64,000 nucleotides of DNA from an uncultured virus (IMG/VR IMGVR_UViG_3300030613_000009) (lineage: Duplodnaviria > Heunggongvirae > Uroviricota > Caudoviricetes). Shown piece after piece: positions 56,726 to 64,000 of this stretch. The DNA is taken from positions 1 through 64,000 of the IMG/VR virus record IMGVR_UViG_3300030613_000009. The stretch is one strand, 5' to 3'. The notes under the pieces were generated by a model that did not search any database, was not told the origin of the DNA, and saw only the letters and a program-made list of their open reading frames with translations. Position numbers and translations under genes: made by a program. Position 1 is the first letter of the stretch. Every line of letters begins with the position of its first letter.

Positions 56726-57381
56726 CCGATAAATTTTCCATTGCGTGTGAAGACTGCGCGTTTGATGGCGCCTATGGTCGCGAAATATCACGACCATGCC
56801 CCGATGGGTGCCCCACCTCCGTCGAGGAGTCCAAGAGACTATTGGCATCCGCCCAAGGGCGCTCCAAGTACGATATCCGGCCCGTCGCCGACGACCCGAC
56901 ACGTTCTACGTGCGAAGGCACCACAAACGGGACCGGGGCTTCTGACGTTTGCGTGAAGGTCGGTACGCCGGTAGCTCTGTCTTCTGGTGAAGTCCGAGCC
57001 GTGTCGAAGACGGGAGGCGCGAAGGGCACCAAGCCAGCCCAATACGCTCTGATTCCTACATGGCCCTTGCGCGCGCTGGCTGTCCTCTTCGGTAAAGGCA
57101 ACTCCAAGTACCCTAAGCCTGATGGCACGTTGGGAGGACCAGACGAGCAAAACTGGATGAAGGGCTACCCGTGGAGCTATTCCATCAGCGCTTTGATGCG
57201 ACACCTGGAGGATTGGCGTGAAGGGGAGAAAGAAACCCCCCAGAATCCGCCCGGCGAGCCACAAGACCCCACCGCTGGAACACACCCACTTATTTCGGTT
57301 GCGTGGCATTGCTTCACTTTGTATACCTTCGAGAAGTTCGGGCTCGGCACCGATGACCGTGTGAAGGCCCCGAAGCCGTGA
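56722..57381 (+). CDS. dATP/dGTP diphosphohydrolase-like (DUF5664-type) protein
   Basis: K....LIP......A.....G..KY...NW.KG..WS....ALMRH...W..GE...HPL..VAW. Confidence 0.78.
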   Translation: MTDKFSIACEDCAFDGAYGREISRPCPDGCPTSVEESKRLLASAQGRSKYDIRPVADDPTRSTCEGTTNGTGASDVCVKVGTPVALSSGEVRAVSKTGGAKGTKPAQYALIPTWPLRALAVLFGKGNSKYPKPDGTLGGPDEQNWMKGYPWSYSISALMRHLEDWREGEKETPQNPPGEPQDPTAGTHPLISVAWHCFTLYTFEKFGLGTDDRVKAPKP

Positions 57382-57635
57382 AAAAGGGTCTGTCAGCCAA
57401 AGTGGGACTGGCAATGACGCCGATTGGCGACCTAGAGGAAGATATGCTAGCACTAAACAACACAGTGAAGATAATTAACCCGGACAGTTCCTTTCACAAC
57501 AGGAAGGGCCGTATCTCGGATTTTCCCAAGAGCTGGTGCGTGGAAGTGAGCATCTCAGACTGGAATAATATGTACTCGGACGACAACCGCGTACTATTCC
57601 AATTCCACGAAGTGCAGTGGGTCCGAGACCTATGA
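57378..57635 (+). CDS. hypothetical protein
   Basis: operon packing; start uncertain. Confidence 0.5.
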   Translation: MKKGLSAKVGLAMTPIGDLEEDMLALNNTVKIINPDSSFHNRKGRISDFPKSWCVEVSISDWNNMYSDDNRVLFQFHEVQWVRDL

Positions 57636-57835
57636 GTCCCGTGGAAATCCACCCAGGAGCCCCGAACTCGCCTCTGCCGACCGACATCAAAGACGCATGG
57701 GATGAAATCCTAGCACTGCGGTCAATCCTCATCCGCGAGCGTGAGGCACACGTAGCCCTCGTCGAGCGATACGAACTCGCTCGACGGTCTATGCGTACGA
57801 TGTGCCTGAAGCTGGAGCAGGCGCTTAAGGGTTAG
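57632..57835 (+). CDS. hypothetical protein
   Basis: ATGA overlap at 57632. Confidence 0.5.
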   Translation: MSPVEIHPGAPNSPLPTDIKDAWDEILALRSILIREREAHVALVERYELARRSMRTMCLKLEQALKG

Positions 57836-58908
57836 GCTATCACCCGGTAGACTTCTCGCCACAAACATCTAGCAGGAGAGGGAGCTTCGTAGTTAGCCAT
57901 CAAATGTAGATGGTCGCCAGGCTTAATTACTATCGAAGCGGTGGTCAATACGACACCAGAAAAGTGCGTCGTGTCGTCATCGCTATAGATGGTTAGGTTG
58001 CCTGTATAGCTCGGACCGAGGGAGCTTTGGATATGTACTTCATATCCATTCGCGTAGCTGACTTCGATTACGGGCCCTGTAATCGCGTCGTCGTCCAGGG
58101 TGACGTCTGTGGTTAATAGCGTGGTAAAAACTACCCTAGATGGGTTCAATCCAGCAAGAGCTGCGTCTGTCAATCTAGAGGTGGCGTCCGATACGGTCAC
58201 TTCCGAAACAAATGACCCTGACGAGCCGAGCAGTTGACTTACGTTTGCTGCGTCGGTAGCGCTAACACCAGCCGCCACTCCAGTTATTGCCTGGCTGTTG
58301 AGGGCGATACCTGCGCTGAAGGTCTTGACGCCGGCGAAGGTTTGGGCCCCGGTCGTTACTCCACCAGGGTTCGTTGCGTCGGCTGGCTGTAGCGTTAGAG
58401 TCGTTCCAGCAATAGAACCGCCGTTTGCGTTTGGAGTCGAGCCAAAGGCGCCCATCGTGTCTACGCCGCCACCCCCACCACCACTGCCGCCAGCTCCTTC
58501 GTTGTCATAGATGACGTCGATACGGTCAGTGGCCGACAGCTCGTACCCAGCAATCGAGCCATTCCAATACAACTGGTCCCCGGCAGTCAAAGCGCCGTAG
58601 GCTCGTGCGGTCGCGCCGCTGTCGCCCGACATATAACAAGCTTTGGTCTTGACGCCGTCTCCCATTTCAACGCCAGCTCCGTTGACCTGTACTTCAACCC
58701 ATGCCGTGATAGTCGCCGCAAGTGTAGTGGCTGTAGCTAGCTGGCCATCGGCCGTAGTGATGCTGGCGACCATATCTCGGTTAGAGACCGAGAGTCCACC
58801 AGCTAGGTTGGAGTCGCCGGGCTCGTATTTGCCGGTTGTGTCGTTCCAGGTCACCACTTGACCCTGCGTTGCGCCGTCTTGTCCGAGTTGCTTTAGTGGT
58901 AGTCGCAT
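57832..58908 (-). CDS. virion fibre/decoration protein (mosaic)
   Basis: TAATCT (58930) and AAGGA upstream; modules shared with neighbouring genes. Confidence 0.7.
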   Translation of the reverse strand: MRLPLKQLGQDGATQGQVVTWNDTTGKYEPGDSNLAGGLSVSNRDMVASITTADGQLATATTLAATITAWVEVQVNGAGVEMGDGVKTKACYMSGDSGATARAYGALTAGDQLYWNGSIAGYELSATDRIDVIYDNEGAGGSGGGGGGVDTMGAFGSTPNANGGSIAGTTLTLQPADATNPGGVTTGAQTFAGVKTFSAGIALNSQAITGVAAGVSATDAANVSQLLGSSGSFVSEVTVSDATSRLTDAALAGLNPSRVVFTTLLTTDVTLDDDAITGPVIEVSYANGYEVHIQSSLGPSYTGNLTIYSDDDTTHFSGVVLTTASIVIKPGDHLHLMANYEAPSPARCLWREVYRVIA

Positions 58909-58944
58909 TATTGTTTTCCTTTGAATCTTAGATTACGGGATGGT

Positions 58945-59877
58945 TTAGCTGCTAATCCATGGGGCTAGGAGTGAGGTCACCATCCAACTGAAACCAGTAT
59001 TGCCTGAGGCTGCAGATGAAAGGTTAACCGTAAACGAGCCGGCTGCCCTCGTAACCCAACTACGCGCTGCGCCGTGGTCGCCTAGCCAAGTAATAAGTAT
59101 ATGCGAACTAGTTGTAGCGAAGGATGTAGTTATTGTCGTCGTCGTACCTCCTGATGCGATAGCGTTTATGCCTACCGGAGCGTATTCGCTTTGAATGGCG
59201 GGGTCGCTTGAGCTGTCGCGCCCATATCTGGCAATCATGCCATCAGTACGAATCTCAGTGGAATTGTGGACGTAGTCGGCATCTGCTACCCAAGCCGATG
59301 ATATTACATTGCAAGCAGTCTTGGTGACAGAGAGGTATTCGACCTCCGTGGTCCCGGTGATGTTTGTTCTTACAGAGAATAGCTTAGCTGCGGCATCGCA
59401 CTCAGCATCGGTCCCTGAAGAGCCTGCCCTCACACATATGTCGCTTGCGCCCGAGCCTAAGTTTGTGTAAATCGATACGCGCCCGCCGTCGCCCAGCCCA
59501 GCGGTATTCAAGAGCACTGGGGAGCTGACGCTTTCGGAGACCAATGCTTGAAACGTTTTAGTGCCATACGGCATTATCTGGTTGCCGGCGGACACCCCGC
59601 CCGGATACCATGGGCCGGAAGGGTAGGTGCCTGCGGCTGGCTGTAGATACAGTACGCCCGCCGTAATTGTCCCACCGTTGGCATTTGGGGTTGACCCAAA
59701 TGAGCCCATCGTGGTACCGCCAGATCCACCACCAGCAGCGACCCAACCAACATCTGTTCGGAACTTGAGGAGATGCTCGGTCGAGTCATAATATACTTGA
59801 CCTTCTGTGGGCGTGCCTGGAGCCGCACCTGGAGCGAAGATTTCGCCGTTAGACGTTTCGACGTTACGATTAGCCAT
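58945..59877 (-). CDS. virion fibre/decoration protein (mosaic)
   Basis: EGQVYYDST motif; modules shared with 60097-61971. Confidence 0.7.
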   Translation of the reverse strand: MANRNVETSNGEIFAPGAAPGTPTEGQVYYDSTEHLLKFRTDVGWVAAGGGSGGTTMGSFGSTPNANGGTITAGVLYLQPAAGTYPSGPWYPGGVSAGNQIMPYGTKTFQALVSESVSSPVLLNTAGLGDGGRVSIYTNLGSGASDICVRAGSSGTDAECDAAAKLFSVRTNITGTTEVEYLSVTKTACNVISSAWVADADYVHNSTEIRTDGMIARYGRDSSSDPAIQSEYAPVGINAIASGGTTTTITTSFATTSSHILITWLGDHGAARSWVTRAAGSFTVNLSSAASGNTGFSWMVTSLLAPWISS

Positions 59878-59878
59878 A

Positions 59879-60085
59879 TTATTCTACCTTTGGCAACGGG
59901 AGTGACTCTAGGAACTTGTCGAAGTCTGGGTCGCTTTCGGCGTAAGCGGCCGGTGCGCTAGTGATTAGGACGTCTAGCTTGGCTGCGTACGACTGGAATA
60001 AATTGATTGCATCGCCAACTTTGGAGCGTAGGTCCTGCTTGGAGGTGGCTGTTGCAATCATGGTAGCGAGTAGTTGTGATGGCAT
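59879..60085 (-). CDS. small protein, possible fibre chaperone
   Basis: tightly packed between fibre genes. Confidence 0.5.
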   Translation of the reverse strand: MPSQLLATMIATATSKQDLRSKVGDAINLFQSYAAKLDVLITSAPAAYAESDPDFDKFLESLPLPKVE

Positions 60086-60096
60086 AATTTAGTACC

Positions 60097-61971
60097 TTAT
60101 AGGATTGCGGAGACTTCCCAGCCAAACGACGTGTCGGCGGTAGCGGCCGAAGAAAGAGTGACAGTGAACGAGCCAGCGGCACGGGCCACCCAAGACCTGG
60201 TAGCACCATGGTCACTATACCAAGTGATTGTGACGCGGCTAGTAGCAGTGGTGAGGGAGTTATTGATTTGGCATGTGGTTTGGCCCGAAGCGATTGCAGA
60301 AACGCCTGTGGGCTTGTTGATTGTGGCTGCACCGGGGGTACCAGAAGAGTCGGTGCCTGATTGGTCGATGCGGCCGGCTGAAGATATAGCCGCCTTCTCT
60401 ACCTCAGTCCCACCGACACCGGTCCGAAGGCTGAGCAGCTTGGCTGTGGCATTGACCGAAGCGTCTGCTGTGGTAGTGCCGACCTTAAGACAAAGGTCCG
60501 AGGCTCCAGTGCCGTTCTGGCCGAATAAATTGAGACCAGTGGAGGTATGAGTATAGATAGTGTCGCACTGAAGGTTTAGACCGGTCGAGACTTCGCAGTA
60601 AGTCGCAAAATGGATGACCGTTCCTTCTGTCCAGATGGTCGGTCCTGGGGTGACGCCTGTGCTCGACGGCTGGAGCCGTAGGGAGCCGATAGAAAGCCCT
60701 AACTTATCGACTAACAGCTTCTCTACTTCAGTCCCGCCGATGCCGGTCCGAACGCTAAATAGCTTGGCTGTTGCATTGACTGAGCCGTCCGCTACCGAGC
60801 TTCCGATCTTGACACAAATATCAGAGGCGCCGGTCCCGTTCGTGTTGTAAATGGTCGGGGATATAATATTAGAGAAGGTCTTGGTTCCGGCAAAGGTCTG
60901 AGCTGCGGTACTGACCCCACCTGGGTAAGTACCATCGGCAGGCTGTAGGGTTATGGCCTGTGTGCTGAGTGAAGCACCGTTGGCGTTAGGCGTCGAACCA
61001 AACGCACCGAGCGTCACGTCACCCGAGTTGGTTCCAGACTGGTTTCCGAGGTTGGTAAACCCGGCCGCAGTCATAATACCTGGGTTAGACGCGTCGGCGA
61101 GGCTGAGGTGCAGTACCTGACTTGAAATACTAGCGCCATTGGCCTGAGCTGTAGTTGTGGTTCCAACCGTTACGTCACCCGAGTTGGTTCCAGAAGTATT
61201 GCCGATGACTGTCTTTTGTGCGTCGGTGCAATACCTAGCGTTGGTCGAGTCAGCAATGTCTGCGGTTGTAGCTGCGGCACCTGCAGTTACGAGGCCCTTT
61301 GCATCGTAGGTGATTTTGGTATTGGTGCCAGCGGTGATGGCCGCATTCTTAACCACCAAGCCGGATAGGTCTTGGTCGCCTGTATTTGAGCCAGACAGGT
61401 TAGAGGCTGCTACGGTTCCAGCGAAGGTAGCTGCGGTTTTGTTGATGCTGAAGTACTCAGTTTCCGTCGCGTCGAGTCCGGCCCGCACACTGAATAACTT
61501 GGCTGTGGCGTGCACCGATGCTGCAGCAACACTCGAACCGGCCCTAACACAAACGTCTGAGGCGCCAGCCCCGAGTCCGCCGTAGAGCCGAGCGCCGGTA
61601 GGGCCCAACATCAACCGTTGAGAACTACCTCCGGCCGTAGTTAGGCTTGTGTCTGCCGTTCCGGCTAGTAGAGCGAGTACGCCACCGCCACCCCACCCTG
61701 GCCCGTAGAAATAGCCGCTGCCGGTGGTTACTGTACCGTAGACGTCAATAAAAAAGGGGATAGCCGCGCCGTTGCCAGTGACCAGCTCCAGCAAGCGGGT
61801 AGTTGGGTCCATGTCTCCAACAGCGGTGGAGGTGCCCATCCTAATCATAACTTCGTCAGCAAAGCCTAGGGCGGATGTTCGAAAGCCCCACTTGCCAGTG
61901 TATCCATCGTAGATGGGAACACTGCCGTGGGTTGCGCCAGACGGACCAAGCTGTTTCAAGTCTGATTTCAT
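60097..61971 (-). CDS. virion fibre protein (mosaic)
   Basis: TKITYDAKGLVTAG and SGTNSGD fibre motifs; internal repeats. Confidence 0.75.
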   Translation of the reverse strand: MKSDLKQLGPSGATHGSVPIYDGYTGKWGFRTSALGFADEVMIRMGTSTAVGDMDPTTRLLELVTGNGAAIPFFIDVYGTVTTGSGYFYGPGWGGGGVLALLAGTADTSLTTAGGSSQRLMLGPTGARLYGGLGAGASDVCVRAGSSVAAASVHATAKLFSVRAGLDATETEYFSINKTAATFAGTVAASNLSGSNTGDQDLSGLVVKNAAITAGTNTKITYDAKGLVTAGAAATTADIADSTNARYCTDAQKTVIGNTSGTNSGDVTVGTTTTAQANGASISSQVLHLSLADASNPGIMTAAGFTNLGNQSGTNSGDVTLGAFGSTPNANGASLSTQAITLQPADGTYPGGVSTAAQTFAGTKTFSNIISPTIYNTNGTGASDICVKIGSSVADGSVNATAKLFSVRTGIGGTEVEKLLVDKLGLSIGSLRLQPSSTGVTPGPTIWTEGTVIHFATYCEVSTGLNLQCDTIYTHTSTGLNLFGQNGTGASDLCLKVGTTTADASVNATAKLLSLRTGVGGTEVEKAAISSAGRIDQSGTDSSGTPGAATINKPTGVSAIASGQTTCQINNSLTTATSRVTITWYSDHGATRSWVARAAGSFTVTLSSAATADTSFGWEVSAIL

Positions 61972-62100
61972 TCATTGCCCCAGTCTGTAAAGCACGCCCA
62001 ACCTTTGAAGATTGGCCCGACACCGTTTGTTGGATGCCGAGGCGCCACGCGCGTGTTGGGTTGCAAACCGTTAGTCTGCAACCATTACCAGCTTACCACA

Positions 62101-63423
62101 TTATGGCATGAACATTACGTCAACCACATCGGAGGCCGCGAGCTGATACCCAGCAACGCTGCCAACCCAGTGTAGAGTGTCACCAGATGCAATCGCCGCG
62201 AAGGTGCGTGCGGTGGTTCCGGCGTCGCCAGAGAAGTAGCAATCGCTGGTCTTGTTGCCGGAGCCGACCCACTGCTTCATGCCGTTGACGAATACTGCAA
62301 CTTCGCCACCGTGTGTGTTGGTTGCGCTGACGGTGGTCGTCATTGCCTGGTCGAAGTCCGTGGTGGTCACAGACGCGGTGAGGTGGCGCATGCCCGTGGC
62401 AAGTGCCTGGTCGCCTGTGTTGGTACCAGTGATTGCAGCGAGCTTGCTGAAGTCGGCTGCGACCATGAGACCGGGGTTGGTTGCATCAGCGACGCTCAGG
62501 TGAAGAACCTGGCTCGAGATGCTAGCACCGTTGGCTTGTGCGGTTGTGGTGGTTCCAACCGTTACATCGCCGCTGTTCGTGCCGCTGGTGTTACCGATTA
62601 CAACGAGCTGTGCGTCAGTGACGTACCGAGCGTTGGTGCTGTCGGCGATGTCTGCGGTTGTTGCAGCGCTGCCGGCAGTGACGAGGCCCTTTGCGTCGTA
62701 GGTGATTTTGGTATTGGTGCCAGCGGTGATGGCTGCGTTCTCGTCGACCTTACCGTCGAGGGCAGTCTGTAGGTCAGTCTGGTTCGAGAGAGTCCCTGTG
62801 ATGCTACCCCATGCGGCCGCAGCAGCTTGTGAAAGCTGGCTGAAGCTGAGTGAGGTTGTGTTGAGGGTGATGGGGTCAGGAGTTACAAGGACCCAGCCCT
62901 TGAGGCCGTTCGCGGTACCTTCAACTGCGAAGGTGTACATACCCGACGTAACTTCGGCGTCGCTATTGGCGTCGGGAGCACGGGTAAGGACGAAGGCTGT
63001 TCCGCCATCTCCAAGCGTGGTTACTTCGTAGATACCGTTGTCAGCTCCGGCTGCGCCGTTCTTCAAGAGCAAGCGCTTCTTGTTGGTGACGTCGAGGGTA
63101 ACGCCGTCGATTGCAGGGAGAGCGCCGGCTGCATCTGCCGTGATGACGTTGCCAACACGCGTGTACGCAGGAAGAGCTGCGGCCGTTACTGCCGATACTG
63201 AAGCCTTGGGGTCTAGACCTGACGCAACTGCGTCAACATACGTCTTGTTGACGGCCGAAGTCGCCGTAAGTGGCGTCGTGGGTAGGATGATGTCGCCAGT
63301 GCCGCTGACTGTGATTACGCCCGAGCTAAGTGCACGAGCGCCATCTGTGGTAAGTACAGTGCTGTCGACCTTAGCCGAAGTGACTGTACCATTCTTGAGT
63401 TGTTTGCCGTCTAGAGTAGCCAT
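62101..63423 (-). CDS. virion fibre/head decoration protein
   Basis: AVNKTYVD...GLDPKASV, RLLLKN...NGIY...LTRAPDA; AGGGG RBS; TAATCT at 63508. Confidence 0.75.
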   Translation of the reverse strand: MATLDGKQLKNGTVTSAKVDSTVLTTDGARALSSGVITVSGTGDIILPTTPLTATSAVNKTYVDAVASGLDPKASVSAVTAAALPAYTRVGNVITADAAGALPAIDGVTLDVTNKKRLLLKNGAAGADNGIYEVTTLGDGGTAFVLTRAPDANSDAEVTSGMYTFAVEGTANGLKGWVLVTPDPITLNTTSLSFSQLSQAAAAAWGSITGTLSNQTDLQTALDGKVDENAAITAGTNTKITYDAKGLVTAGSAATTADIADSTNARYVTDAQLVVIGNTSGTNSGDVTVGTTTTAQANGASISSQVLHLSVADATNPGLMVAADFSKLAAITGTNTGDQALATGMRHLTASVTTTDFDQAMTTTVSATNTHGGEVAVFVNGMKQWVGSGNKTSDCYFSGDAGTTARTFAAIASGDTLHWVGSVAGYQLAASDVVDVMFMP

Positions 63424-63510
63424 TGACTATTCCCCTATTGTATTGCGCCAAAGTGTGGTATGATGCAACCGACGCCTGCTGCACCACGATGGTTTTACTG
63501 TCTACGAAGA

Positions 63511-63685
63511 TTACACCCTAGAGAAAACAAGCCCACCAATAGCCCTTCGTTCACCTCTTACGACTCGAGATATCGCACCGCCGCAGGCGAGTTTTCATTG
63601 GCCGTATCGTCTGACCCACATAACGAACGTTATCGTAGCGTGGGTCGGTGAGAGCGTATATGACGCCATCTTGGCGGTCAGTCAC
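63511..63685 (-). pseudogene. internally deleted GIY-YIG homing endonuclease remnant
   Basis: GVIYALTDPRYDNVRYVGQT...TRL joined out of frame to NUMOD1-like tail AISRVVRGERRAIGGLVFSRV. Confidence 0.8.
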
Positions 63686-63998
63686 AGGCGTCACCAGAGC
63701 GCGTCTTCTTTTGTAGGGTCCTCATTCTATCCGTTAGCTCTTGGTACTCCGGCAAACAGAACTCATAGTCCGAAAGAGCCGCCCACTCCCCCTTGGACAA
63801 TTCGGTCCACTCTAGACCTGGCTCGTGCTGTTGGGCTATGTGCCTGGCCACGGCTCGGTGTGAAGCTGCGCCTACTACTTCGCCGCCATCCAAAGCCATG
63901 AGGTGGAGTCCGCCGCGTGTCTTGACGTGCCACAGCACCTTGCCTTTGACCTTACCTACTGCGCGCTTGAATTCTATTTCGTTTGTGGGTATCCTCAT
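63678..63998 (-). CDS. hypothetical late protein
   Basis: ORF on the structural strand at the window edge. Confidence 0.6.
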   Translation of the reverse strand: MRIPTNEIEFKRAVGKVKGKVLWHVKTRGGLHLMALDGGEVVGAASHRAVARHIAQQHEPGLEWTELSKGEWAALSDYEFCLPEYQELTDRMRTLQKKTRSGDACD

Positions 63999-64000
63999 AC

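Noticed and set aside
61080..62740. Shared blocks in fibre genes as DGR template/variable repeats or an invertible cassette
   Set aside because: Differences are mostly synonymous and not adenine-specific; same orientation; no reverse transcriptase or invertase seen
1..64000. Assigning a host taxon
   Set aside because: GC content, promoter shape and endolysin type are not diagnostic without database comparison

Overview
This is a 64-kb segment of a large tailed phage with a contractile tail (myovirus-type); no bacterial housekeeping genes are visible. The minus strand carries virion genes: tail fibre, baseplate wedge, hub and spike, tape measure, tail chaperones, tail tube, tail sheath, neck proteins, two head-associated polyprotein-like genes, a cluster of mosaic fibre genes and an M15 endolysin. 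These are interrupted by islands of small, mostly plus-strand genes, including a Dda/RecD-like helicase, RNase H, Rnl2-type RNA ligase, a dATP/dGTP diphosphohydrolase-like protein, a CAT-anticodon tRNA, proteases and HTH proteins. Five intact and two or three decayed homing-type endonucleases are scattered through the window. Main observations: (1) two promoter grammars, TTGAC exactly 35 nt before ATG and TAATCT often exactly 7 nt before ATG, both implying leaderless mRNAs and both often built on the upstream stop codon; (2) an apparent Zn-finger/OB-fold gene split in two by a promoter+ORF cassette; (3) a late protein with a degenerate mCpol/GGDEF-like domain among modules delimited by K-A/K-S-type motifs; (4) strong GATC avoidance. 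All family assignments are from motif recognition by eye; no searches were run.
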